From: Eledone cirrhosa | Lineage: Eukaryota | Direction: 5' to 3' | DNA: 64,000 bases | Assembly (NCBI GenBank): GCA_964016885.1 | Contig: OZ024745.1 | Coordinates: 12,152,001 to 12,216,000, forward strand | Shown: positions 12,588 through 25,680 of the stretch, piece after piece | How positions within the stretch are numbered: the first letter of the stretch is position 1 | Layout: each line of letters starts with the position of its first letter | Notes under the pieces: model-generated | Database searches by the model: none | Told to the model about the DNA's origin: nothing | Seen by the model: the letters and a program-made list of their open reading frames with translations, nothing else | Program-made: the position numbers and the translations under genes

Positions 12588-13351
12588 TCGTTTTGTTTCC
12601 TGTTCTAACAAAAAGAAATTATACAGAATATATCTTAGAGGATTGCTTAAAATGTTTGAAGATCTGTAAATATGGATGATTGTGTAAAATATGTAAATAT
12701 GTGTTTAGACTGAGTTGAAGATGTCTGGCGATCACGTGTCTCTTCCAGAAGTTGTGAGCGATAGTTAGTATCAGTTGGAAAGACTAATGGAAACATTGTT
12801 TCCTTGGTCCGACGAGTTTCACCCCACTCTGTGATGTCTGGGGTCTGGTCTATCGTTTCATGAGTTGGTGTTTAGGATAGGGGGGTGGGGTGAAGATAAA
12901 AATATAAATGAAGGATTATGAAGACGTTCTCAGAAGGTGTGTGTGTATCTATGTATGTGTGTATATATGTGTGTAAATATATGTGTGTGAATGTTTATGT
13001 TTCCGTTAGTATGATTGTGTATATCCGTATATGTGTCCTGACTTGCTTTCAATGGTGAATATTCTTGGTGTGTATATATATATTTTTCTTTTTCAATCCA
13101 TAATAAATAATGTGTCATTGAGAATCCTTTAATTAGTCAAACAGTAAACCACATAAGGCCCTTGTCCCCTCATTGGAGCAGCAGTCATTTGTATCAAGCC
13201 TAAAGTTATGTCTCGTAAGTATTCCAACACCCCGAAACGCTAAGTAAAAAAAAATACTTTTACACTTTTAGTAATTTTGATACGTTTCATTCATGTGTGA
13301 GTGTATGTGTGTCTGTATGTGTGTATGTGTGTGTGTATGCGTATATATATA

Positions 13352-13499
13352 TATTGTTATACTTGGGGAGGGTCATATTGTTGTAATAATATTGCCAGAA
13401 ATAATAACAGAACACACTCACTGTGAGTGTGTTCTGTTATTATTACAACAATATGACCCTCCCCAAGTATAACAATATTTCATATCAAAAACCTTGCAA

Positions 13500-13505
<6 letters not shown>
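13352..13505 (+). mobile_element. Palindrome-plus-tail insertion, family F
   Basis: tattgttatacttggggagggtcatattg ... caatatgaccctccccaagtataacaata plus tail, flanked by TA repeats. Confidence 0.75.
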
Positions 13506-13536
<31 letters not shown>

Positions 13537-14249
13537 GTGTGTGTGTGCGTGCATAAGTGTGTGACCAATAGGTTTGTCGTTAAACCGGTCGCAATGGAGA
13601 CTTCTTGGGCCATCGGAGTTGACCACCTGCAGGAGTGAGTGAACCCCACCTATTGGAATGGTTATCTCAACATCTCTCCCTTGCTGTCCTCTGGGGTAAC
13701 ACCGTTCTCCATTCTGTTGTGACCATGAAGCGGCTTACTCCTCGGGTTCTGCGCAACATTCATATATAACTATTTTGATATCTATTGCATCTGTCGATAC
13801 ACACAAATTATTCACAACAGAAAGAAGTATATTACTGTTATTATTAGTGAGGAGAAGGCCAATGTCACGAGGTGTCAGTTCTTTATGTTCTGAGGTCAAA
13901 TCAGATCGTGGTTAGCTTTGCTATTAGGATCGATAAAATAAAGTACCAATCAAGTACTGGATTGATTTAATCATATTTGCCTTCCTCCACATTTGCGTCT
14001 TCTGCCTTAATTATCGTAAATAATATGAAGTCCGATAAAATACTTTGTGGATGTCAGTTAGACTATTAGTTATATTCTGGACCCCTGTTTATGGGGACAG
14101 GTTTCATACTCCTGGGGTCAACAAAATATGAGTCAACTGCTGGGGTCAAATTTATTGAGGGGATCTCTCCTTTAAAACCACTGGCCTTGTTCCCAAAAAA
14201 GAAAGTATTAGATTGTCATCATCATCATCATCATGGCCTTGTGCTAATA

Positions 14250-14450
14250 ATGGTTTCTGATTTAGGTACAAAGCCAACAATTTAGTGGGAGGGGAAAGTA
14301 GATTAAATCGATACCAGTGTATTACTGGTACTATATTTTATCGACCCATTTAAGGATGAAAAGCAAAGCTAACCTCGGCGAGATTTGAACTTAAAGGGAC
14401 GTAACTCTATGTCACAAAGCATTTTGCCAGATGCTCTACCACCCCGTGCT
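14250..14450 (-). mobile_element. S1 SINE
   Basis: Reverse-complement S1 body and head. Confidence 0.75.
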
Positions 14451-14479
14451 AATAATACTAATGATAACAATTTATCTTT

Positions 14480-15003
14480 TTGTGGAGACTTGTGTTTTTT
14501 AGTCAATGTATGTAGATCTCTGAACGGCTACCTTATTTTAGGAGAGAGGCGAGGCAAGTCTTTCTGTTTGGTAGCCATGGCGAAACAAAAGCTGTATGGA
14601 AGACACAAAGGTTTGAAGGCAGGAATCTTTCTCTCCGGCCAGGCCTTCATCAATTTCTTCAAATATCACATGGCGAGGCTTTTATGAAAGATCGATGAGA
14701 GAGACGAAACAAGGAGGGGCCACCTTCAATGCCCTTAACACAGTAATCCGGGCTTTTCTGTGGAGCTCTCCACGGAAGTACCCCTAAAAAGCAGTCCACA
14801 CCCTATTAGGGAACTGTTTCTAGTTGTTATTTCTCATTGTATTGTTGTAACTATTATTGTTAGTTATTGTTATTGTTATTCCTACAGTTTTCGCTTTGTT
14901 GCCCCCTTTTTCCTATACTCCATATAACACCCCCCTCTCTCCCGTGTTGATATTTGTTATTATCCCCAACGTCTTGGGTCCTGCTGGCTAATAAAAGAAA
15001 CCA
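14480..15003 (+). mobile_element. Degenerate 3' fragment of the Tx1/L1-like LINE
   Basis: Translation SFCLVAMAK..KGLKAGIFLSGQAFINFFKYH matches FICLVAMAK..KGLKTDTFLFVESLINSFKFH of ORF 52083-54158. Ends with ggctaataaaagaaa before a microsatellite. Confidence 0.75.
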
Positions 15004-15028
15004 TTGCTACTATTACTACTACTACTAC

Positions 15029-15077
<49 letters not shown>

Positions 15078-15080
<3 letters not shown>

Positions 15081-15262
15081 TGTTTCTACGTTAGGCACAA
15101 GGCCAGCAATAACCCAGTGCATTACTGGTACTTTATTTTATCGACGCCGTAAAGATGAAAGGCAAAGTGAATCTCGGCAGGATTTGAACTCAGACCGTAA
15201 AGGGACGTAACTATGCGTCAAAGCATGGCGTCCGACCCTCTACCGATACTGCCAATCCACTA
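15078..15262 (-). mobile_element. S1 SINE with (TAA)n tail
   Basis: Full reverse-complement S1 consensus. Confidence 0.85.
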
Positions 15263-15357
15263 CTACTAATAATAATAATAATAATGATGATGATGATGAT
15301 AATGACGATGATACCCCCACTACCACCATCATCATCAATATTATTACACACATCGAT

Positions 15358-15416
<59 letters not shown>

Positions 15417-15417
<1 letters not shown>

Positions 15418-15602
15418 CAAAGGAAATGTGGTAAGGAACTAAATGGACCATAACGCACCAGAGTACTCAATACTTGGAGTAGTAGAGTGGGAAATAGGAA
15501 AAAGTATGACCCCGACGGCAGAGCTCAAGCCGTTTCGACGGCTATTTCCAGAAATAGCCGTCGAAACGGCTTGAGCTCTGCCGTCGGGGTCATACTTTTT
15601 CC

Positions 15603-15604
<2 letters not shown>
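15417..15604 (-). mobile_element. Palindrome-plus-tail insertion, family C, with an HHR 3' half
   Basis: Palindrome 15495-15604, tail 15417-15494. Contains gccgtc-GAAA-cggc-ttgagctct-gccg-TC-gggg. Confidence 0.85.
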
Positions 15605-15635
<31 letters not shown>

Positions 15636-16474
15636 CTATATATATATTTATATATATATATATATATATATAAATTTTCACTCTACATGGCTAAATACAA
15701 TAAATGTAATCTGAGTTTTTCAAATATTAATAATTGTTTCTACTTTTAGGCACAAGGCCAGCAATCACCAGTTCATTACTGGTACTTTATTTTATCGACC
15801 CCGTAAGGATGAAAGGCAAAGTCAACATAACAGTCGATTCGTTTGCAATTATGCAAACAAGCCTCATTTTTAAAGCCATGGCAGTAGAATGAACCCCTCA
15901 TTCTTGCTCTTGTGTTGGCATGTAAACAGTTCTGTTTACATGCCAACACAACTTTGCCTTTCTTCCGAGATCAATTAAAATACTAGTTAAACTACTGGGG
16001 TCCATATAATCGACTTTCCCCGCCAAACAAATTGCTGGTCTTGTGCTTAAATTAGAAATCATTACTATTGTAGGACCACTGGGTAACAGAATTGGTAGAG
16101 CGCCGCACAGAATGTCTTCTGTTATGTTCTCATATCACGCCAAAGTTTTTCTGATTTCTGGGATTTTTCTTGTTGATGTTGTTTAGCTTCAAGTTAGTTC
16201 TGATCACAAGGCCCTATGATCAAAGACACTCCAACTGTGACCGTCCCATCTTTTTACTATATACAGAGCAATATCTAACATGTTCCTCTGTTAGTTGTCA
16301 TTAGAGCGAAATTTGGCACCTGGCTGCTATTTCTAGCAGGCAGGATTACCGCGTGGAGTCTCGTCCCTTCATAATAAAATGTGTATCAATGAAATAGTGC
16401 CATCGATTTCCACAACTACACTTCGCTACCAACACATTCATAGCGTTGTATTTGTATTACAAATCATTATTGTA

Positions 16475-16702
16475 AGAATTGGCAGTATCGGTAGAGCGTC
16501 GGGCAACATGCTTTGCGGCATAGTTACGTCCCTTTACGGTCTGAGTTCAAATCCCGCCGAGGGTAACTTTGCCTTTCATCCTTACGGGGTCGATAAAATA
16601 AAGTACCAGTCACGCCACGCACTGGGGTCGATTTAATAGACCCCCCCCACCCCACCCACCACCAAATTACTGGCATTGTGCCTAAAGTAGAAAGAATTAT
16701 TG
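16475..16702 (+). mobile_element. S1 SINE
   Basis: Full S1 consensus. Confidence 0.85.
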
Positions 16703-17439
16703 TTACCAACTTGATAAGGCGGCGAATTGACCGAAACGTTAGAAGGTCATCTCGTAATCTATAAAAAAGTCAATCTAATATTGAAATCAATTCTCTCTCA
16801 CACACACACGGAGAAATCGGCTGTGTTGAGATCAGGAGAAGAGATAGTCTCCTCTTAGGCTTTAAAATGCTCAAGACAAGCCGTATATCCCGACAGGGCC
16901 ACTACGACTCCATCAGGAGTTACCAGGTCCATACAAAAATACAATTATCATCATCATCATCATCATCATTGTTATCCATGTTATAGAGCAATATGTGGCG
17001 GCAGAATTGATGACATGCCAAACAAAATGTGGTGTGATATGCGTTATTAAGCTTTTAAGTTTTGTCTTTAATTATCGCCATTCGATTACATAAATGTAAC
17101 TGCCGGTCATGGCACAGGTATTTGTGTAGCACTTGCGCCACTTTTAGAATCATTTCTTTTATTAATGAAATATCTATAAAAATCATAGCTCCTACAACAC
17201 TATATAAGAAACCATTCTTGTCACTAAACCCCTTAGTATTATAACCATGATATATATATATATATATGACACAGATTTATTATGGATAATTGTTTTGTTC
17301 ACATATATATATGTATGAGTGTGTGTATATATATGTATATATGTCCATGCATATTCGAATGCATCTAAATATATGTGTGTGTGTGTGCGAAGTGTGTGTA
17401 TACATATATATATATGTATGTATATATATATATAATCAT

Positions 17440-17538
<99 letters not shown>

Positions 17539-17555
17539 TACATATATATATATGC

Positions 17556-17597
<42 letters not shown>

Positions 17598-17602
17598 AGG
17601 TG

Positions 17603-17637
<35 letters not shown>

Positions 17638-18037
17638 ACCTTCTATATGTAAAAACATGTTGTTCTATTAAGCTTTATGTCTACATGCATATCTGTTGCT
17701 ACAGGCAATCATGGAACAGAGTCCTACATAAGCAAATAAAAGTGTATTTCTATCTGGCTTCGTTTGACTTGATCAGTTTCGTTCTGTTTTATTGCAGTTC
17801 CTTTCGTTTTATACAGGTTTTTGTATCAACATTTCTATTTTCCATCATTGTCGTTCCTCTCTTAAATGTACTTTCTTTTTCAGTGAAAACTGATTAATAA
17901 TGATCATGAGGATTATTGTGTACAGTGCTCAGGTGCACTACAACTCATGAAAGGTGCATACATAGTACATAGAATAATGTAAAAAAGTTAGGAAAGTGAA
18001 CATTTATGAGTCATGATATACACACATACACATCCCC

Positions 18038-18113
<76 letters not shown>

Positions 18114-18125
18114 AAAATTTAGTTA

Positions 18126-18849
18126 AATTAAGGGTGTCATGTCAGAGACATGCGCCATATCCACCGCAGAATAAGCTCAAAGATTCCAATGAATAGATCC
18201 GAGCATTTTACATCAACTAGAAATTGATTGACATATATATATATATTTAAAATAAACACACGAAACAATCACAGGGGATAATTTGTACAGTGTTTAAGCA
18301 CACATAGCTAGGTAGGTAACTAATTAAAGTTTAACTAGAACTTCAAATATTACCTTTTAAAAATGATCATTTTTAAAAGGTAATATTTGAAGTTCTAGTT
18401 AAACTTTAATTAGTTACCTACCTAGCTATGTGTGCTTAAACACTGTACAAATTATCCCCTGTGATTGATTCGTGTGTTTATTTTAAATATATATATATAT
18501 GTCAATCAATTTCTAGTTGATGTAAAATGCTCGGATCTATTCATTGGAATCTTTGAGCTTATTCTGCGGTGGATATGGCGCATGTCTCCGACATGACACC
18601 CTTAATTCTAAACTCTTAGTGTGAAGTTTGGCTTTGAAATAAATCTTTTGTGACATTAGTCCTGGAACTTTTCTGACCCACCTCGTATATGTAACACGTT
18701 ACTCTACTCAAGTTAACTATTAACTTTTATCAATAATCTAATCGATAACATAAGTACTGAGGCCGATTACCTCCCCTCCTATTACCCCCCCTTCCGTCGC
18801 CAAATTAATATATAGCTCTGAGTCAGCTATATATTATATTAGCAATTTT

Positions 18850-18855
<6 letters not shown>
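18126..18855 (+). mobile_element. 482-bp near-perfect palindrome (18126-18607) with a ~245-bp one-sided tail, between (TA)n tracts
   Basis: Centre aaaatga|tcatttt at 18366/18367; about two mismatches seen between the arms. Confidence 0.8.
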
Positions 18856-18920
<65 letters not shown>

Positions 18921-18932
18921 ATATATATATTC

Positions 18933-19335
18933 AACTATATTTATAAAACCATATTTATTTTATTATACATATTTCAAGGGCAACCAAGGCAAATTATGAT
19001 GCGCTTTCATCAGATAAAATACAGATTTGTTTTATAAATAAATATTGACATACCCGGAAAAAAAGACAGCCTTAACGGTTGGAGCTTCCTGGATAGTTAT
19101 ATATATATTTTTTTTTTCCGGGTATGCCAATATTTATTTATAAAACAAATCTGTATTTTATCTGATGAAAGCGCACCATAATTTGCCTTGGTTGCCCTTG
19201 AAATATGTATAATAAAATAAATATGGTTTTATAAATATAGTTTCCATTTATTAATATATTGTATATTTAATACACTAAACTGTTGAGTGCTTTATATCAG
19301 TTATAAAAAATTTTAAATTAAATATAACCTCTGCA
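18933..19335 (+). mobile_element. Inverted-repeat-plus-tail insertion, family D, with an HHR in both arms
   Basis: Arms ~18933-19063 and ~19110-19243, tail to 19335. A relative lies at 43918-44158. Confidence 0.8.
19156..19217 (+). ncRNA. Minimal type I hammerhead ribozyme candidate (antisense copy at 18958-19019)
   Basis: Stem I ttttat/ataaaa, CTGATGA at 19162, imperfect stem II aagcgcacca/tggttgccctt, GAAA at 19200, short stem III, UA cleavage site. Confidence 0.65.
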
Positions 19336-20054
19336 TATATATATATATAGAGAAATTACATGAATCAAAGTTCAGTTTAAATCATTTATTTGCTTACAAT
19401 TGTTTCCTCCAAACCGAGGTTTGGATTCTTTGGAGCAATTATTTAGTGATTTTTTACATACTTGACCTCCTATTCAACACAAGAGACATATAGAAACATA
19501 TGTATATATTGACCCACAGTGGGTTAACATCCATCATAATAATATAGCATGGCAATTTACATACAAAGATTACATTCATATTAGAGGACAAAATTAAAGT
19601 TAAAATTAAAATTAAAATAAAATTAAAATAAAACATTGGCAGTTTATGAAGATAAAGCAAGAGGAAAGTTTGGAGTAGCCAGTGTATGCAACAGTCTCAC
19701 GTGTGGCATGCACGCGTGTCCTATTTATACAAGATTATAGTGCGGCAGATTGTTACATATAAAACAAGCAGTCAAAGCAGGCAATCAATAGCATCATGGG
19801 GTCTGTACTGTTAAAGCATTTTTCACACACACCTGTACGATATAGAAGCCCGTGTGTAGAGAAACACCAAAAATATTACAAATGAGAAGCAAAACAGCAC
19901 CACTGTCCTCGCACACACCACCACTCACACTATCCAGGAAACGTAATTTATAGACTACATGTCCATCACACAATCCACGATGATTCAACATTGGGTGCCT
20001 GGTGAACCATGTTAGAAATCATAGCTTGTCGTTCTCTATTCGATTCTATAGAGC

Positions 20055-21869
20055 AGTAAGAAAATTTTAGATAAAATCATCCCACAGATTAAACACAAGA
20101 TATACCTTAAACAATGGGGGGAAACGGGTGAAGTGATTGAATGGTTCAAAGATATCAAGGATAACAAGGATAAACAATTTATTCAATTTGATATCAATTC
20201 ATACTACACCTCTATTTCCCCTATCCTATTAAATAAGGCACTTATCATGGCCATGGACAATAGTGACCTGACTAGACCCCAGATTGATGTCATACTTGCG
20301 GCCCGTAAAACAGTAATCACCTTTGAAGACCAATTATGGACCCGCAAAGATACGCAAAACAACTTCGACATAACCATGGTATCTAGTGACTCGGCGCAGG
20401 TCACTGATTTAGTCGGCCTATATTTACTTAACGAAATCCATAAGGACCTTCCATACCTCAACGGTGGTTTGTACTGCGATGATGCACTTCTACTTATAGA
20501 TTATAAAAAATTCAATATAGAAAGAACTAGAAAACTATTGCACAAGACATTCAAAAACTATAACCTTAGTATTACCATGGACAAAAACACTAAAAACGTT
20601 AACTTCCTGGACGCAACCCTCTACCTAGACTCAAAGATATATGCACCTTTCCACAAACCTAATGAAAAACTCATTTACGTAGATACCAAGTCTAACCACC
20701 CTAGATCTATATTAAACTCTATCTCTAAGGGAGTATCTAATAGAATCTCTAATCTATCCTATGACGTAAACATATTTAGCAAAAACTCGCAATATTATAA
20801 TCAGGCATTAGCTAGATCAGGCCATAATATAGAGATCGAGTTCCTACCTACAAAAACACATAGCTACAACATTATTTCGCACAACATGTCCATGAGAAAA
20901 TTTAGCAATAGGAATAGCAACCACACACACACTAATAGGGAGGATACCAACAAAAGTAACCCACACCACAGAAATTACCATAGTACCATAAAAGGAAACA
21001 ACTCACCAGACATAAAAAACAAAAATAGAAGAAATAATACATTTTTCAACCCTCCTTTCAATCTAAACGTCTCTACCAACCTACCTAGGGCTTTCTTCTC
21101 ACTACTAGATAAAAACTTCCCATCCGGCCACAAGTACCATAGCCTTTTAAACAAAAACACTATTAAAATCTCCTACTCTACTACGCCTAACATAGCATAC
21201 CACATAGCTAGTAGCAATAAAAGAAAAATTAATTCTTACTTCCAACAAACTAAATCACAACAGACGATAAACCTTCAAAATAACATTATAGCAACTAACC
21301 CTAATATCAATAGAAATAATAGTAATAGCACTAGTGTAAACAATAACGCTGGGAACCACAACCCACATAACCATAACCCTATAGCTACCATCCAGACTTC
21401 TACACAACATAATAACCGGCAGACTAACACCCTGAATAATTGTAACTATAGATCAAATAGAACCTGCCCTTTAGATAAAAAATGCTTAATCAAGGATATC
21501 ATATACTCATGCACAGTCACAACTAACAACTCTTCTGAAACCTATATAGGCTCTACTTCTAACTGCTTCAAAACTAGATACAATTCGCACCTCCACTCTT
21601 TCAAAAAACACAGTCTATCCAACTTCACTTCACTATCTAGCTACATACACTATCTAAAAACTAAAAATAAACCATATACACTTAAACGGGAAGTGATAGG
21701 TAATGCGACATCGTACAAACCACCTAATAAATTTTGTAACCTCTGTCTACTAGAGACCCATACTATCATCTTCTCAAACCATAACCTCCTTAATGAAAAA
21801 TCAGAAGTGTTCGCGTCTTGCCAACACCGCTTCCGACACTCCTTCCAAAACTTTAAACCCAATATATAA
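20055..21869 (+). pseudogene. 5'-truncated PLE reverse transcriptase + GIY-YIG endonuclease ORF
   Basis: Frame open from the inversion junction (SKKILDKII..QW..VIEWF). RT motifs FDINSYYTSI, GLYCDD, VNFLDATL, SNHP. Endonuclease CN..CPLDKKC..IIY..YIGST..FKTRYNSH..CNLC..LLNEKSE..CQH, which resembles the Naiad-group layout. Confidence 0.88.
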
Positions 21870-23399
21870 CAATGTCAGACTTGAACCCGTCACCACCTCT
21901 AGCAACTAACATCAGGAGCACACCTTACACCTCATCTCCACACCCATTAATCCACTTTAACGCAAATAGTGACACCCTCATAGTACCTTTTACCCTAGAG
22001 ATATCCCCATGTACTTCTACTTTTGGTATATTGGCCTTAGATTACTTGGACTACATTGCACCAATATATAATTAATGTAAACTGTAAGCACTGAATTGGT
22101 TGTACTAACATTGTCCTGTGCATGGAGTGCCACCATTAGATAATTAGAAGATTAAGTAATTAATTTATTAACATAAAAGAGCTATATAATCTATATGCTG
22201 AGTGCAATGAATTGTGTACAGGTGATGTATGAGTTATAGGTACATGTATGGCTTGATGGTCAGATTAGTGTCCTTGTATGAGAGAATTGATCTCTGGACC
22301 ACCCTGGTGATATTTAACTTTGCCATGCATTCAGACATACAATGACCCAGAGCTTACCAGGAGTCGTATATAGAAGTGATTCTAATAAGACCCTGCCAGG
22401 TTCTGCGGGTAGACTACACTTACAAAGATCATTGATTTGGAGGTCTGACTCTTCGTGTAGAATGTTCGGTTGTGGCACTCCATGATAGAAGGTAATCATC
22501 CTAATATGAACACCTTTAGTACTTCTTGATAGACTACACTGTAATTTATAGATAAGATACTTAAATTTAAAAATTGTTTATAACCTTATATGATAGGGAC
22601 TCATTTGAAACACCATTAATGTACTTTAGGATAATAAATTTAACTATGGAAATCAGCTAGTTACCTCCCCTTACGCATTAACTCCCCTTACGCATTAACT
22701 CCCCTTAATCACACACACACTTCCGGAATATAATACGATGTCAACTCTCACAACAAAAACAACCTGCTCTATAGAATCGAATAGAGAACGACAAGCTATG
22801 ATTTCTAACATGGTTCACCAGGCACCCAATGTTGAATCATCGTGGATTGTGTGATGGACATGTAGTCTATAAATTACGTTTCCTGGATTGTGTGAGTGGT
22901 GGTGTGTGCGAGGACAGTGGTGCTGTTTTGCTTCTCATTTGTAATATTTTTGATATTTTTGATATTGTTGGTGTTTCTCTACACACGGGCTTCTATATCG
23001 TACAGGTGTGTGTGAAAAATGCTTTAACAGTACAGCCCCCATGATGCTATTGATTGCCTGCTTTGACTGCTTGTTTTACATGTAACAATCTGCCGCACTA
23101 CAATCTTGTATAAATAGGACACGCGTGCATGCCACACGTGAGACTGTTGCATACACTGGCTACTCCAAACTTTCCTCTTGCTTTATCTTCATAAACTGCC
23201 AATGTTTTATTTTAATTTTATTTTAATTTTAATTTTAACTTTAATTTTGTCCTCTAATATGAATGTAATCTTTGTATGTAAATTGCCATGCTATATTATT
23301 ATGATGGATGTCAACCCACTGTGGGTCAATATATACATATGTTTCTATATGTCTCTTGTGTTGAATAGGAGGTCAAGTATGTAAAAAATCACTAAATAA

Positions 23400-23448
23400 T
23401 TGCTCCAAAGAATCCAAACCTCGGTTTAGAGGAAACAATTGTAAGCAA
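23400..23448 (+). ncRNA. Variant or degenerate hammerhead in the pLTR (antisense copy at 19390-19438)
   Basis: ttgct-CCAAAGA-a-tccaaacc-tc-ggttt(a/g)ga-g-GAAA-caattg-TA-agcaa. All three stems form, but the core differs from CUGANGA. Confidence 0.55.
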
Positions 23449-23647
23449 ATAAATGATTTAAACTGAACTTTGATTCATGTAATTTCTATATAACTGCTCT
23501 GTAAAACAACTGATGTTGTTACATTGAGCTATTTATCTTACTGGTAATAAGATAGTAATGAATTACTGTCTTTCCCTATTTAGGGTTTAAAATATATATA
23601 ACTATAAAAGGTTTTAGTATATACATAACCATAAATAGTATCCTTAA

Positions 23648-23712
<65 letters not shown>

Positions 23713-23727
23713 CATATACATATATCC

Positions 23728-23840
<113 letters not shown>

Positions 23841-23871
23841 CACATATATATATATACATATACATATATCC

Positions 23872-23922
<51 letters not shown>

Positions 23923-24019
23923 GAAACACACAGATACATGCGGACACACACATATATACATGAATGCATCCGCACCCAACTGTGAGTTAAGGGTGCCAAC
24001 TTCACCGATGTTGCTCAAT

Positions 24020-24277
24020 GAATGACTGGGACAGACTAATTCAGTTTGAACCAGACTGAACCAGTATCAGAGTTAAAAATACATTATGAAGAGAGAAGAA
24101 ACATTTAGATATAATTAGTAATAAAATGTATCATACCCAAACTGTTCCTAAATTCCTTTGATATATTGTTTTTGTTTATGCCACGAAACTACGTAGTCGA
24201 GGAATTTAGGAACAGTTTGGGTATGATACATTTTATTACTAATTATATCTAAATGTTTCTTCTCTCTTCATAATGTA
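24020..24277 (-). mobile_element. Inverted-repeat-plus-tail insertion with an HHR 3' half
   Basis: Perfect arms 24080-24157 and 24200-24277. GAAA-ctacgtag-TC-gagg at 24185-24202. Left boundary approximate. Confidence 0.75.
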
Positions 24278-24332
24278 TATATATATATATATATATACAT
24301 ACATCCCTCTCTCTTCCCTCTCTCTCTCTCCC

Positions 24333-24363
<31 letters not shown>

Positions 24364-24900
24364 CCTTTCTCTATCTATTTACCTATCTATCTATTTTGAC
24401 CTCTCCTCTCCTTTCACTCCTCTCTATCATTTCATTTTGTTTGTTTCTCTTCTATTTTATGTCGTTTTTTTTGTTTCATTATTTTTTTAAATTGTGTTTT
24501 TTTCCTTTGTTTGTTTGTTTTTATTTTCTTTTGTTGTTGTTTATTTTATTTCTTAGAAATATGCAACACTTTTCTTTTGTTGTTGTTTATTTTATTTCTT
24601 AAAAATATGCAACACTTTCTTTTGTTGTTGTTTATTTTATTTCTTAGAAATATGCAACACTTTTCTTTTGATGTTATTAAATATTTTATTTTCAACAGGA
24701 AATCTAATTTAAAAGATGAAAAATAAACTCGAAAAAGACAATAGCTTCTAATAATATTATTTCTCTCACAAACATTACGGTAAAATTAAATTAATGAAAT
24801 TATTAAAATAAATAACAATAATAAAACCTGAAACTCGGGGAAAAAACAACAGAAAAAAAACCTTATCTGAGTTAATTGGTTGAAATAAGTGAAATATAAT

Positions 24901-25016
24901 TAATTGTTTCTACTTTTGGCACAAGGCCAGCAAATACCCAGTACATTACTGGTACTTTATTTTATCGACCCCGTAAGGATGAAAGGCAAAGTTAAGCTTG
25001 ACGGGATTTGAACTCA
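24901..25016 (-). mobile_element. Partial S1 SINE
   Basis: Tail and body up to the B box. Confidence 0.75.
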
Positions 25017-25044
25017 GTGAAATATAATTAATGTGTGCGTGATT

Positions 25045-25409
25045 GTATGTTTCTGTGTGTGTGTTTCTGTGTGAGTGTGTGTTTCCGTGTGTATGTTTCT
25101 GTGTGTGTGTTTCTGTGAGTGTGTTTCTGTGAGTGTGTTTCTGTGTGTGTGTTTCTGTGAATGTGTGTTTCTGTGTGTGTGTGTTTCTGTGTGTGTGTGT
25201 TTCTGTGTGTGTGTTTCTGTGTGAGTGTGTGTTTCCGTGTGTATGTTTATGTGTGTGTGTTTCTGTGTGTGTGTTTCTGTGAGTGTGTTTCTGTGAGTGA
25301 GTTTCTGTGTGTGTGTTTCTGTGAATGTGTGTTTCTGTGTGTGTGTGTTTCTGTGAGTGTGTTTCTGTGTGTGTGTTTCTGTGTGAGTGTGTGTTTCTAT
25401 GTGTGTGTG

Positions 25410-25440
<31 letters not shown>

Positions 25441-25680
25441 TTCTGGGCGTGTGTGTTTCTGTGTGTGTGTGTGTTTCTCTGTGTGTGTTTCTGTGAGTGT
25501 GAGTGTTTCTGTGAGTGTGTGTTTTTGTGAGTGTGCGTGTTTCTGTGTGTGTTTCTGTGTGTGTGTGTGTATGTATGTGTGTGCATGCGTGTGACGGTGT
25601 GCATGTGTGTTTGTGTGTAAGTGTGTGTGTGTAGGTGTGTGTATGCATATGTGCGTGTAAATGCATGTGTGTGTGTATGT
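25045..25680. repeat. Degenerate (GT)n / gtgtgtttct microsatellite mosaic
   Basis: Visible directly in the sequence. Confidence 0.9.

Larger units (their letters stand above)
19351..23650 (+). mobile_element. 5'-truncated Penelope-like element (Naiad-like): inverted pLTR, ORF, 3' UTR, pLTR, tail; inserted in (TA)n
   Basis: 19351-20056 is the reverse complement of 22764-23487 apart from an 18-bp duplication. A 163-bp tail is present only at the 3' copy. RT plus GIY-YIG ORF between the repeats. Confidence 0.92.

Noticed and set aside
15910-15951. 20-bp perfect hairpin between two divergent SINE fragments
   Set aside because: Isolated, with no tail, TA flanks or ribozyme motif; cannot be assigned.
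17192-17897. Numerous [12 protein letters not shown] ORFs here and at 23580, 25014, 34692 and 42880
   Set aside because: Stop-free translations of dinucleotide microsatellites.
19454-19991. ORFs duplicated at 22829-23384
   Set aside because: Chance frames in the inverted and direct pLTR copies.
21870-22760. Possible SECIS element in the Naiad-like 3' UTR
   Set aside because: The ORF has no in-frame UGA and I could not recognise a SECIS fold by eye.
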